The position numbers were made by a program, and so were the translations under genes. 64,000 nucleotides of DNA, taken from positions 14,254 through 78,253 of the forward strand of contig CAZMMZ010000002.1 of assembly GCA_964567575.1 (NCBI GenBank), given 5' to 3'. The notes beneath the pieces are model-generated. The model was not told the DNA's origin, ran no database searches, and saw only the letters and a list, made by a program, of their open reading frames with translations. The DNA is from Candidatus Undinarchaeota archaeon. Its GTDB lineage: Archaea; Undinarchaeota; Undinarchaeia; Undinarchaeales; UBA543. Positions 37,039 to 47,034 of this stretch are shown here, in pieces; position 1 is the stretch's first letter, and each line of letters starts with the position of its first letter.

Positions 37039-38904
37039 TTATTTCAAAACTTCTTTCCGTAATAATTCCATAACTTGTTTACCATCAGCTTTACCACGAA
37101 CTTCTTTCATAACTAATCCCATTAGCGGTTGTATCGCTCGCTCACCCTTTTCCTTAATTAATTTCTGATGTTTCTTAATAATATCACTAATAACTTTTTC
37201 AAGAGCATTTGATTTAATACTTCCAGCACCCGCTTTCTTTATAATTTCTTCAAGTTTTAATTCAGGTTTCTTGAACCAAGCTTCCAGAATTTGTGGAATT
37301 GCTTCTTTACTGAATTTTCCAGAAACAAGTGCGTTGAATAATGTGCGCAAATGTTCTTCAGAAAGTTCAATTTCATTTTCTTTTCCAATGTTTTTCAAAG
37401 TCGCTGTTAAAGTTGTTGCAATTAAAGTTGGATCTGCTTTTGTATTTACAAGTTCATTAAACAAATCAAAGAATTTTGAACGATAAATTGTTTCTGCTAA
37501 TTCATGAGACATCTTGTGTTTTTTACTTAGGTTCTCAATTTGTTTCCAAGGCAATTCAGGAAGTTTTTTATTTAATTCAGAAAGATATTTTTTTGTAGCT
37601 TGTATTGGTGGCAAATCAGTTTCTGGATACATTCTTGATTTCCCAGGAAGCGGTCGTAAATAAGTTGAGGTTCCATCTAATTGCGCTTTTCTCGTTTCTT
37701 CAGGAACACCATCAAATGTCATATTAACTCGGTTCAAAGCTGCATTAATACATTTCTCACAGCGTTCTTTTGTTTCTGCAATAAGAATGAATGCATCTTT
37801 TTCTTTGCATTTTAATGTTGATTTTAAATTTTTAACTTCCTCTTCTGTAATTCCATAATTTGGAAGTTCATCACTGTGGAATAATCCTTTTGCCCCTAGC
37901 GATTTTGCATAATCTGATATCTCAGAACCAAGTCGACGTCCTGGCTGAACGTCTTTTCCCAGTAATCCGGAAAATCCTGGAAGCTTGATAGCCATTATTT
38001 GCCCTTTTTTCTCATGAGCGCGTTTGATAACTTTTGATTTACTTTTTTTAAGAAGATCTGTTACATCTTTTGGTTTCTCATTTACTTTTGTTACTTTTCT
38101 TTTCTTTAATTCATCCCGAATTTCAAGAAGTTTTACTTGTCGTAAAACTTCATTTTCAACTTGCTTGCCGAGCATGTTCAGATCCTGCACACCTTTCAAT
38201 TCAACACGTGCCCCTTCTTTAATTGAAATATTCAAATCCTGTCGGATTGTTCCAATACCACGTTTTACTTTTCTTGTAGCTCGTAGAATATCTCCAAGTG
38301 CGCGAGCAACTTTTTTTGCTTCTTCAGGAGTGTGAATGCAAGGATCGGTGGCGATTTCAACAAGTGGAATCCCTAAACGATCTAAGTTGTAAATTGTTTT
38401 GCCTTCTTCCTCGCCAATTTTTCGCGCAGCATCTTCTTCAATACAAACACTTAGAATTTTGCAGTTGGTTCCTTGAATATCAAGTTCTCCATTATCTGCA
38501 AGCAAAGAGGTTCGCTGGAATCCTGAAACATTTGAACCATCAATAACAGTTTTTCGCATGATAAAGGTTTCATCAAGAATATCACAATTCAACATTAAAC
38601 AAACTAAGTGAGAAATTTCAAGTGCTTCTTGATTTATTTGATTCGGTGGTTGCTCATCTGTTTCAATCATGCAATTGCAATCTGTCCAACCATGATAAAC
38701 ATAAGAATGTCCGCGAAGAAATGCTTGAAGCGCTGCTGGATCAATAACTCCAGTTTCTCCAGCTACAGGACGCAAGCTTCTGTTTATTTTAAAATTTGGA
38801 GTTCCATCTTTAAGCATTGATGGACAATTACAAAAAAGTTTTTTAGTATCTAATTGCTGGTGTATTTCCAGTCCTGCTTTTAGTCCCAGTTTCTTATAAT
38901 CCAT
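37039..38904 (-). CDS. gatE: Glutamyl-tRNA(Gln) amidotransferase subunit E
   Basis: 621 aa with a GatB/E-type N-terminus (GLKAGLEIHQQLDTKKLFCNC). Its length and the adjacent gatD support the call. Confidence 0.85.
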   Translation of the reverse strand: MDYKKLGLKAGLEIHQQLDTKKLFCNCPSMLKDGTPNFKINRSLRPVAGETGVIDPAALQAFLRGHSYVYHGWTDCNCMIETDEQPPNQINQEALEISHLVCLMLNCDILDETFIMRKTVIDGSNVSGFQRTSLLADNGELDIQGTNCKILSVCIEEDAARKIGEEEGKTIYNLDRLGIPLVEIATDPCIHTPEEAKKVARALGDILRATRKVKRGIGTIRQDLNISIKEGARVELKGVQDLNMLGKQVENEVLRQVKLLEIRDELKKRKVTKVNEKPKDVTDLLKKSKSKVIKRAHEKKGQIMAIKLPGFSGLLGKDVQPGRRLGSEISDYAKSLGAKGLFHSDELPNYGITEEEVKNLKSTLKCKEKDAFILIAETKERCEKCINAALNRVNMTFDGVPEETRKAQLDGTSTYLRPLPGKSRMYPETDLPPIQATKKYLSELNKKLPELPWKQIENLSKKHKMSHELAETIYRSKFFDLFNELVNTKADPTLIATTLTATLKNIGKENEIELSEEHLRTLFNALVSGKFSKEAIPQILEAWFKKPELKLEEIIKKAGAGSIKSNALEKVISDIIKKHQKLIKEKGERAIQPLMGLVMKEVRGKADGKQVMELLRKEVLK

Positions 38905-38976
38905 TAGAAGTGTGTTTAATGTGTAGGTTTTTAATGTTTTCCTGTTATAACTTAATTTAGCAAAAGTTCAAAAATA

Positions 38977-39258
38977 TCACATTTGTGTAATGCCGTGCTG
39001 ATCAAGGACTGTTTTAAAACTTTTTACAACGGTTTCAACATTTGTTCCTTTTACTCTCCAACCAATCTTCATTTCTACTGATTTCATCTTCGTATCTACC
39101 TTATTTACTTTTATTTTCTTAGTAGTTATTTTTATAGACATTACTTTAATTCCATTAAAGGCCCGATTTGTTCTTTTTATTTCTTTTATTTTATCTATAA
39201 TTTCCCTGTCTGTTCCCAGTCCAGGATAAAGATCAAATTTAACGTTTACTATAATAAT
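38977..39258 (-). CDS. 93-codon ORF without a canonical start, in the gatE-gatD gap (possible non-ATG-initiated gene or pseudogene)
   Basis: The frame is open from the stop at 39259-39261 to the TGA at 38977-38979. The first in-frame ATG is at codon 40. The translation ...VNVKFDLYPGLGTDREIIDKIKEIKR...IKVMSIKITTKKIKV... has an alternating beta/alpha character. Confidence 0.25.
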   Translation of the reverse strand: MIIVNVKFDLYPGLGTDREIIDKIKEIKRTNRAFNGIKVMSIKITTKKIKVNKVDTKMKSVEMKIGWRVKGTNVETVVKSFKTVLDQHGITQM

Positions 39259-39291
39259 TTAGATATAGTATTCTTCATATTTAAACCTTTT

Positions 39292-40572
39292 TCAGTTCAA
39301 AAACGCTTTAGGATCAATTCGCTCATTAAATTCCCCTGCAATATTTTCTAACATCTTTTCTTTTACATCCCAATTTTTATGAGCAAGAACCCAGCTGAGT
39401 TTTACATAAGCAGTTTCAGGAAGCATATCTTTTAGGAATACGCATCCAGCGTCTTTTAATAATCTTCCTGCTGAGTAAACATAAGGATCTGTAGTTCCAT
39501 AAAATGCTTGGCTTGTTATTCCAATGAAAACTCCTTTCTTTATTGCTTTTTTTATAACTGGGAGCCAATTATATTTTTCATCAGTAGGTTGTGTTGCAAT
39601 ATGTCCAAATCCAGTTCCAGCAAGTATTACTCCTTTGAAACCTTTCTCAAGAAGGAAGTCAAGTCTTTCTGGTTTTGAACTTGGATAAGAATACATAAGT
39701 CCTACTGCTCGTTCGAATTTATTATCAAGTTCTACTTTTCCCGTGCTTCTTGTTTTATGGTCTGTATTACCAATTATGATATTTCCATCTGGGAATATTT
39801 GTGCAAGTGGAGAATCATTAATTGGTCTGAAAGCATCTCGTCTTGATGTGTGCATTTTTCTTACTTTAGTTCCGCGGTTTGCAATACAATGATCATCATT
39901 ACTTGTTCCATGCATTACAATTGCAACTTCAGCAATATCTGAAATACAATATTGTGCAGCACACATTAAATTCTGAGCACCATCAAATGAACCTCTATCT
40001 GTAGAACGCTGTGCACCAACAACAGCAACTGGCTTGTTTAAGTTGCGAAGCATGAATGCTAAAGCAGCAGAGGTGTAATGCAGAGTATCGGTTCCATGGG
40101 TTACAATAACTCCTTCTGCTCCTGAATTTAATTCCTTTGCAACAGATTCAGCAATCTTTCCCCATTCTGTTATTGTCATGTCCTCGCTTAGCATCTGAAA
40201 AGGACTTACCATATTCTTAATACTAACATGTTCGGCAAGTTCTGGTATTTTTGAAAGTAATTCTTCTGGAGATTCCGTTGGAAAAACTCCACCTGTTTTG
40301 TAATCAACTGTAGAAGTGATTGTTCCTCCTGTTGATACAATAGAAATTTGTGATTTTGTTTTGTCAAATTTTGTTGTTTTCTTTTTTGGACGTGCCCCAG
40401 CTTTTGTAATAATTTGAGAAGAAACAATACTGTCTTTTGGAAGTCCGATGTTATATCCATTATCCAGTTTCAGAACTAAGTGTGTATCATCTGCAAGTCC
40501 TGTACGCGGTAGCAAAATTCCTTGGTACTCACGCGTTTTCGTTTTGATTTTGACAAGGTCACCTGTGTTCAT
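39292..40572 (-). CDS. gatD: Glutamyl-tRNA(Gln) amidotransferase subunit D (asparaginase-like)
   Basis: It has an N-terminal AIM-like domain and an asparaginase fold (ISIVSTGGTITS, HGTDTL). The start is probably MNTGDLV at 40572; the track extends it to 40620. Confidence 0.85.
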   Translation of the reverse strand: MNTGDLVKIKTKTREYQGILLPRTGLADDTHLVLKLDNGYNIGLPKDSIVSSQIITKAGARPKKKTTKFDKTKSQISIVSTGGTITSTVDYKTGGVFPTESPEELLSKIPELAEHVSIKNMVSPFQMLSEDMTITEWGKIAESVAKELNSGAEGVIVTHGTDTLHYTSAALAFMLRNLNKPVAVVGAQRSTDRGSFDGAQNLMCAAQYCISDIAEVAIVMHGTSNDDHCIANRGTKVRKMHTSRRDAFRPINDSPLAQIFPDGNIIIGNTDHKTRSTGKVELDNKFERAVGLMYSYPSSKPERLDFLLEKGFKGVILAGTGFGHIATQPTDEKYNWLPVIKKAIKKGVFIGITSQAFYGTTDPYVYSAGRLLKDAGCVFLKDMLPETAYVKLSWVLAHKNWDVKEKMLENIAGEFNERIDPKAFLN

Positions 40573-40606
40573 GGTCGGTATAAAGTGTAATGGCTTATAA
40601 GGTTTT

Positions 40607-40759
40607 TCAGAAAACCCCAATTAGCTTTAGAAGAAAAAAGATAAACCCAATCACAACTAAAATACTAACAACTATAGGAGCGAATGTCATAAATAAAAAA
40701 ACTTTCTCCCGCTTCTTCGGGTCTTTCATTATGCGTTTTAACCAGGAATTTCTACTCAT
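40607..40759 (-). CDS. 50-aa single-TM protein (basic N-terminus, C-terminal TM); unannotated in the track
   Basis: The translation is MSRNSWLKRIMKDPKKREKVFLFMTFAPIVVSILVVIGFIFFLLKLIGVF. The topology resembles a tail-anchored protein; a SecG/Sec61-beta-like topology is possible. Confidence 0.25.
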   Translation of the reverse strand: MSRNSWLKRIMKDPKKREKVFLFMTFAPIVVSILVVIGFIFFLLKLIGVF

Positions 40760-41123
40760 TCAATATTGTTCTTTCAAGTGGTAGTAATACCACAAAACCA
40801 AGGAAGTCGCCTTTGGATACGTTTCCATCTATAATAGATGTGAATCGAGCGTATTCTATCTTCCGGTCCATGTCTAATGGTTTTGGTTCTGTTTCACTTA
40901 CTCCAGATACATTTCCATTTTTGTTCATCCTATATAGGGATGTAAAAACCATATGGTTTGCAGGGATGTGTATGTTTTTCACTTTTATGGATTGGCATAT
41001 CCCTTTCTTAATGATATGATCTTCATCTGCTATTAGATGTTCGACCTTGCCATGGTCTTGTTTAATACCCACAGCTTGTCTTTTACTTTTAAAATCCTGC
41101 CAAAATTTATCAATTGTTGTCAT
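40752..41123 (-). CDS. Hypothetical protein (possible PUA/ASCH-like small beta-barrel)
   Basis: 123 aa. It overlaps the end of atpD by 14 nt. Confidence 0.3.
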   Translation of the reverse strand: MTTIDKFWQDFKSKRQAVGIKQDHGKVEHLIADEDHIIKKGICQSIKVKNIHIPANHMVFTSLYRMNKNGNVSGVSETEPKPLDMDRKIEYARFTSIIDGNVSKGDFLGFVVLLPLERTILNE

Positions 41124-41775
41124 TTAATGATACCTCTTTTTTCTTTGCCAATTTTCCCTTGATTTTCTTTAATCGTGAAAAGTCTTCTCGTTCCATTTCA
41201 TCTAAACGCATTCTAATGAATTTGCTAGTATTTTTCATTCGCGGAATCACAATATATTCAAGAGCATTAACACGGCGTTTTGTTTTTTCAACTTCACTTG
41301 CAAGAAGTTCAATTGTTTTTTCAATTTCTGCCATTTGCACAACTAACTTGAGTGCGTTTTCAAATTTGCCAGCTGCTTCATCCAAACTAGCTGAAGTTGT
41401 TATTGGGCTGTATCCTCGGTTTGAAAGATTTCTATCTTCTTCATCTAATTTGATTTCCGGAACCTTAATCCCAATAATGTTTCTTGTTTGGAATTCAGCA
41501 TTTGCAATTTCACGAACAGCCATTGCTGCGCTTGTAACTTCCATTGGTCCCATTATTGATTTTGCTTTAACAAGATCGCCGTAAGCATTTTTGAAATATT
41601 TTTCAGCATCATCACGGAGCGTAGCACCTTTTTTAATAATATCAAGAAATTTCATGATAAGCGCATCTCGCTTTTCTTTCAGAAGCTTGTATCCTTTCTC
41701 CGCTAGCTTCGTCTTTTTCTTGAGCTGTATCAGCTCCATTCTTGTCGGGTTTATCCCCGCAATGAGGTCTGCCAT
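41110..41775 (-). CDS. atpD: A-type ATP synthase subunit D
   Basis: 221 aa coiled-coil protein. It is the last gene of the H-I-K-E-C-F-A-B-D operon. Confidence 0.85.
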   Translation of the reverse strand: MADLIAGINPTRMELIQLKKKTKLAEKGYKLLKEKRDALIMKFLDIIKKGATLRDDAEKYFKNAYGDLVKAKSIMGPMEVTSAAMAVREIANAEFQTRNIIGIKVPEIKLDEEDRNLSNRGYSPITTSASLDEAAGKFENALKLVVQMAEIEKTIELLASEVEKTKRRVNALEYIVIPRMKNTSKFIRMRLDEMEREDFSRLKKIKGKLAKKKEVSLNDNN

Positions 41776-41783
41776 TTATTATT

Positions 41784-43166
41784 TTACTCCGGTTTCAAAT
41801 ATTTCTCAATGTGTTCTGGTTTGAGACGTTTCAATTCTTCTCTTGGTAAGATGTTAAACATGTCCCAACACAAGTCGAGTGTTTGTTCAATTGTCCTGTT
41901 CTCATCTTTACCTTGAGTAACGAATCTCTTTTCAAACTCTTGAGCGAATTTCAAGAAAGATTTATCACGTTCTGAAAGTGCTTCTTCTCCAATAACAGCA
42001 ACAAGATCCTGCAAACTTCTTCCTTCTGCATATGCAGAATAAGCCTGGTTTGAAACACTAGAATGATCCTCTCTTGTTTTGCCTGGTCCAATACCCTTGT
42101 TCATCAAACGAGACAAACAAGGAAGTACATCAACAGGTGGGAATACGCCTTTCTTATGCAATTCTCTTGAAAGAACAATCTGTCCCTCTGTAATGTATCC
42201 AGTTAAATCAGGAATTGGGTGTGTTATATCATCCTGAGGCATGGAAAGAATTGGGAGCTGAGTGATTGAACCTTTTTGTCCCTCAATTTTTCCAGCACGT
42301 TCATACAAACATGCCAAATCAGTGTACATGTATCCTGGATAACCACGTCTTCCTGGAACTTCTTCCCGAGCTGCTGAAATTTCACGAAGAGCTTCACAAT
42401 AGTTTGTCATGTCAGTTAGAATAACAAGAACATGCATTCCTTTTTCAAACGCAAGATACTCAGCTGCTGTAAGTGCCGCTCTTGGAGTAATAATACGTTC
42501 AATTGTTGGATCGTTTGCCAAGTTGACAAACATAACTACATTTTCAAGAGCTCCTGATTTCTCAAAATCCTCTTTGAAAAATGCTGCTTCTTCGAAAGTA
42601 ATTCCCATAGCTGCGAAAATAACAGCGAAGTTTTCCTTTGATCCAAGAACTTTTGCTTGTCGCGCAATCTGAGCAGCAAGCTCGTTGTGCGGCAAACCAG
42701 ATCCTGAGAAAATAGGAAGTTTCTGTCCTCGAACCAATGTGTTCATTCCATCAATTGTTGAAACACCAGTTTGAATGAAATCCTCTGGGTATTCTCGAGA
42801 TGTTGGATTAATTGGCGCACCGTTAATGTCAATGAATTTCTCAGCAACAAGTTTTGGGCCATTGTCTAGTGGTTCTCCTCGAGAGTTGAACACACGACCA
42901 AGCATGTCTTCAGCTACTGGGAGCATAACTCCTTTTCCAGTGAATCGAGTGCTTGTTTTGTCAGTGTCAAGACTTCGTGTTCCTTCAAAAACCTGAACAA
43001 TTGCAGTTGAACCTGCAACTTCAAGAACCTGTCCAAAACGCTTTTCCTTTTCAGGTGATTTAATTTCAACAAGTTCATTGTAAGTTACTCCTTCAACGCC
43101 TTCAACAACAATTAAAGGTCCACTAACTTCTTTTACTGTAGTATATTCTTTGTTTTTGTCTGTCAT
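41784..43166 (-). CDS. atpB: A-type ATP synthase subunit B (regulatory)
   Basis: 460 aa with A/V-type B-subunit sequence features. Confidence 0.9.
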   Translation of the reverse strand: MTDKNKEYTTVKEVSGPLIVVEGVEGVTYNELVEIKSPEKEKRFGQVLEVAGSTAIVQVFEGTRSLDTDKTSTRFTGKGVMLPVAEDMLGRVFNSRGEPLDNGPKLVAEKFIDINGAPINPTSREYPEDFIQTGVSTIDGMNTLVRGQKLPIFSGSGLPHNELAAQIARQAKVLGSKENFAVIFAAMGITFEEAAFFKEDFEKSGALENVVMFVNLANDPTIERIITPRAALTAAEYLAFEKGMHVLVILTDMTNYCEALREISAAREEVPGRRGYPGYMYTDLACLYERAGKIEGQKGSITQLPILSMPQDDITHPIPDLTGYITEGQIVLSRELHKKGVFPPVDVLPCLSRLMNKGIGPGKTREDHSSVSNQAYSAYAEGRSLQDLVAVIGEEALSERDKSFLKFAQEFEKRFVTQGKDENRTIEQTLDLCWDMFNILPREELKRLKPEHIEKYLKPE

Positions 43167-44980
43167 TATTCTTGCACCCCCGTTACAATTTTTTCACGCG
43201 TCATCAAGTTGTTAATACCTTCTTCAAACTTGTGTTTGATGTCTCTGATTTTTGCGCTAACTTTTGATTCTTCAAGATATTTAACAGCTGCAATAGCTTC
43301 AATAACAGGGATTTTTGAAATACCTGTATTAGCAATTCCTGCTTCTACTGCTTCCTGTGCTTTATGATGTTTCCAAAGAATAAGTTCAAGTAAATCAAAT
43401 TGTTTCTTTGGTGAAGTGTAGGTATCAACCTCATCATACGCATTTTGCTGCAAGAAATCCTCTCTCAAGGATCTTGCGGTTTCAAGAAGAAGTTTGTCTT
43501 TTTCTGGTAATGCATCTGGTCCAACCAGTCTGACAATTTCTTGAAGTTCAGCTTCTCTTTGCAAAATAGTCATTGCTTCTGTTTTTGCTTCGAGCCAGTT
43601 TCCAACTTCTTTATTCCACCAGCTAGCTACATTGTCATTATACAAGGAATATGATGTAAGCCAGTTGATACTTGGGAAGTGACGTTTGTTTGCAAGATCT
43701 GCATCAAGCGCCCAGAAAACTTTACAAATACGTAGTGTATTTTGTGTAACTGGTTCTGAGAAATCCCCTCCAGGAGGACTGACAGCTCCAATAACAGAAA
43801 CTGAGCCTTTCTTTTCTTCTGTACCAAGTGTTTGAACAACACCAGCACGTTCATAGAATTGAGCAATTCTTGGTGCGAGGTAGGCTGGATAACCTTCCTC
43901 ACCAGGCATCTCTTCAAGACGTGAACTGATTTCTCTCATAGCTTCTGCCCAACGGGATGTTGAGTCAGCCATGAGCGCAACATTGTAACCCATGTCTCGG
44001 TAATACTCAGCAATTGTAATACCTGTGTAAATTGAAGCTTCACGAGCTGCTACAGGCATGTTTGAAGTGTTTGCAATAAGTACAGTTCTTTCAAGAAGTG
44101 CTTTTCCAGTTCTTGGATCTTTCAAGTGTGGGAATTCTTTTAATACATCAGTCATTTCATTTCCACGCTCACCACATCCAATGTAGATAATAATATCTGC
44201 ATCAGACCACTTTGCAAGTTGTTGCTGCATGACAGTTTTTCCAGCACCGAAAGGTCCTGGGATTGAACTTGCTCCGCCTTTAGCAACTGGGAAGAAAGTG
44301 TCAACAATTCTTTGTCCAGTAATCAATGGGATTGTTGGTTTGAATTTTTCAGTATATGGTCTTGGAATACGAACTGGCCATTTCTGTGCCATCTGAACTG
44401 CTTTTCCACCAATCTCAGCAATAGTTGTATGAACTGTGTATTTTCCTTCGCTAACAATTGAAGTAATTTCTCCTTTCATTTTTGGAGGTACCATAACTTT
44501 GTGTTCAACAACTTCAGATTCTTTGACAATACCAAGAACGTCTCCACCAACTACTTTTGCACCTTTCTTAGCTACTGGTTTAAAATCCCAAGTCTTTTTT
44601 GTATCAAGAGTTGGAACGTCAATACCACGTGTGATGAAAGTACCAGCTTTCTTTTTGATATTCTCTAAAGGTCTGGCTATCCCATCATAGGTAGTTCCCA
44701 TTAAACCTGGTCCAAGTTCGACAGAGAGAGGCATGCCTGTGTTTTCTACAGGTTGCCCTGGTCCGATTCCTGCAGTCTCCTCATAAACCTGAATTGTGGC
44801 TGTGTCACCATTGAGCTGAATGACCTCTCCTAGAAGGCCTTCTTCTCCGACTTTGACAACGTCGTACATCTTAGAACCTTTCATGTTGTCTGCAACAATG
44901 ACTGGTCCCGCTATTCGTGTAATCTTTCCTTTTATCACTTTACTGTTCCTCCGTTTTCTTTGAAGTAATATCAATGCCAA
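43166..44980 (-). CDS. atpA: A-type ATP synthase subunit A (catalytic)
   Basis: 604 aa with a P-loop GPFGAGKT, the non-homologous region and a DSTSRWAEA segment. Confidence 0.9.
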   Translation of the reverse strand: MALILLQRKRRNSKVIKGKITRIAGPVIVADNMKGSKMYDVVKVGEEGLLGEVIQLNGDTATIQVYEETAGIGPGQPVENTGMPLSVELGPGLMGTTYDGIARPLENIKKKAGTFITRGIDVPTLDTKKTWDFKPVAKKGAKVVGGDVLGIVKESEVVEHKVMVPPKMKGEITSIVSEGKYTVHTTIAEIGGKAVQMAQKWPVRIPRPYTEKFKPTIPLITGQRIVDTFFPVAKGGASSIPGPFGAGKTVMQQQLAKWSDADIIIYIGCGERGNEMTDVLKEFPHLKDPRTGKALLERTVLIANTSNMPVAAREASIYTGITIAEYYRDMGYNVALMADSTSRWAEAMREISSRLEEMPGEEGYPAYLAPRIAQFYERAGVVQTLGTEEKKGSVSVIGAVSPPGGDFSEPVTQNTLRICKVFWALDADLANKRHFPSINWLTSYSLYNDNVASWWNKEVGNWLEAKTEAMTILQREAELQEIVRLVGPDALPEKDKLLLETARSLREDFLQQNAYDEVDTYTSPKKQFDLLELILWKHHKAQEAVEAGIANTGISKIPVIEAIAAVKYLEESKVSAKIRDIKHKFEEGINNLMTREKIVTGVQE

Positions 44981-45269
44981 CCGCCTTGCGTATCATTTCT
45001 TGGATTTCTTTTTTTGCATGTCCTGTAGTGCCTGTTTTATCAGGGACTTCTATCACCACTGGGTGCGGTTTGCTTCTGAGTTTTCGAATCTGTTCATCTG
45101 CATAACTTGCATGATTCTCTGAAATTATAATAATGTCATATTCTTTCTGAAGTAGTTCTTCCAAAACTTGAGGAGTATCATTGATTTTATCAACACGAGC
45201 AACTGCTGTAACTCCAGCAAGTCTGAAACCAGTTGTCATATCTTTATCGCCTATCACACAAATGTTCAT
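44940..45269 (-). CDS. atpF: A-type ATP synthase subunit F
   Basis: 109 aa. The translation is [20 protein letters not shown]... Confidence 0.8.
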   Translation of the reverse strand: MNICVIGDKDMTTGFRLAGVTAVARVDKINDTPQVLEELLQKEYDIIIISENHASYADEQIRKLRSKPHPVVIEVPDKTGTTGHAKKEIQEMIRKAVGIDITSKKTEEQ

Positions 45270-46420
45270 GCTGAAACACCTCCAGTTTCTGGATCTATTT
45301 TATTGGTACTGAAATTTGCAGCAATTCTGATTTTCTTTGCATCTCTTTCTTTTCCTGTAATCATATTCAAAGCAGGTCCAATTCCTAATCCATATTTTAT
45401 TGATAATTGTTTGACAGTTTTCTCATAATATTCATCAATTGCTTTTTCTATTTGATAAAGAGATCCTGTTTCTTTGAAGCTTGTTGAAACTTCTGATAAA
45501 ACGTCTGAGTAAGGTGTTCCCTCAAGTTGTGATAAAATTTCGTCGACTGTTTCTGCTTTTGCAATTGCTTTAAGTTTTTCTTGTGTAAATCCATAAGAAG
45601 CATCAATAAGGAAGTTGTCTATGTTGTCAATTTTTCCTCCACTGCTTCTAAGTCTGAGCATTGTTTTCAAATTGAGAATATCTATTTTTGTTCCAAACAT
45701 AATTGTTACTGCAACCATGTTCTTGTCTTTTGAAATTGCTATTTTTTTATGAGCTTTTTCATAAACATATTTGTCAATTGCCATTTCTAAAGGAATTAAA
45801 TTCTTTTGTTCCTGAACTTTTGGCATAGCTGCGGATACGATTTTTCCATACTCTGTTGTTTCTAATTCAGAAGTTGCTTCTTCAATTGTTTTTGATTCAA
45901 CTAATGTTTTCAAAACATGTTCTTTTAATGTTCCAATTTGATGTATTAATTCAGCACGTTTTTCTATTGGAGTTCCATTTTGTATGGATCTGAATACCAT
46001 TTTTATATTTTTAGCATCGTAAATCTTCAGAAGATCTTTTATTACATCCTTCATTTCTCCTGGTACAGTTCTTGTAACTTTTCCATAAATTTCAGCGGTG
46101 TGTTGATTAAGTGCTTTTTCAAGATCTTCTTCTGAATTTGGATTTTCCATCTTTGTTAAATAAGGACCATAATCTGTGTTTTCAAGAGTGCTAATGCAAT
46201 CGATTTGTGTTTTGCTATTTTTTAATTCTTCAATTTTTTGTTTTTTTAGAAGGCCAGCTTCCATTGCACGTATTTTTGCATTTGTATACATGTATGGAGC
46301 AAGGTCTACAATATTCATAATAACTGGAAGTATTAGCACTAAGAATCCTGCAACAGCTATAGCGACAATGATTGCCACAACCGGTGCGGATAAGACTAAT
46401 GTCTCCAGTGAAAAGTTCAT
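45266..46420 (-). CDS. atpC: A-type ATP synthase subunit C
   Basis: 384 aa helical protein in the expected operon position. Confidence 0.8.
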   Translation of the reverse strand: MNFSLETLVLSAPVVAIIVAIAVAGFLVLILPVIMNIVDLAPYMYTNAKIRAMEAGLLKKQKIEELKNSKTQIDCISTLENTDYGPYLTKMENPNSEEDLEKALNQHTAEIYGKVTRTVPGEMKDVIKDLLKIYDAKNIKMVFRSIQNGTPIEKRAELIHQIGTLKEHVLKTLVESKTIEEATSELETTEYGKIVSAAMPKVQEQKNLIPLEMAIDKYVYEKAHKKIAISKDKNMVAVTIMFGTKIDILNLKTMLRLRSSGGKIDNIDNFLIDASYGFTQEKLKAIAKAETVDEILSQLEGTPYSDVLSEVSTSFKETGSLYQIEKAIDEYYEKTVKQLSIKYGLGIGPALNMITGKERDAKKIRIAANFSTNKIDPETGGVSA

Positions 46421-47034
46421 TATTTATTTTTGAACAGAATTGCTGCTACGTCCCCCCTTATTTTTTCAGAATCTCTTTCCATGATTCTCTCAATACTATT
46501 ATCAATTTTCAAATTTCCATCTGCACTTTCAATTATAACTCCGCCTGCAATTTCTACTGTTTTCCCAAGTTTTGATTTAAGTTCTTGTGCTAATTCTTTT
46601 CCATACGCTTCATTTTCTTGATTAAAACATAGTTTGCTGTTTTCTCCTATTGCATCTATACCTTCTTTTGCTAGAATTTTTAGCGCGGTTTTATATCTGC
46701 CTGTTCCTTGTTTTGCCATTCTATCCAATTGTGTTTCAGCTTTTTCAATTGCTGAAGTTATTGTATTGTCTCTGCTTCTGAGGTGAATGTTGTGTGCTTC
46801 AAGATTTGTTGAAGAAAGTATTCTTTGCTGTTCTCGGTCTGCATTCTTTTTTCCAGTTTCTTTTATTACAGATTTTTCAGCATTGATTTTTTCTTTTTCA
46901 GTTTTTCTAAGCTCAGTTGTTTTCTCTTTTGCATCGCTAATAATTTTATTAGCTTCTGTTATTGCTTCTTTCATTATTTTCTGATTAATTTTTGTTATTC
47001 CTTCCATTTTATTCACCTCAACCGAATAGGCCAA
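46420..47034 (-). CDS. atpE: A-type ATP synthase subunit E
   Basis: 204 aa, with coiled coils and a globular C-terminus, in the expected position. Confidence 0.75.
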   Translation of the reverse strand: MAYSVEVNKMEGITKINQKIMKEAITEANKIISDAKEKTTELRKTEKEKINAEKSVIKETGKKNADREQQRILSSTNLEAHNIHLRSRDNTITSAIEKAETQLDRMAKQGTGRYKTALKILAKEGIDAIGENSKLCFNQENEAYGKELAQELKSKLGKTVEIAGGVIIESADGNLKIDNSIERIMERDSEKIRGDVAAILFKNK

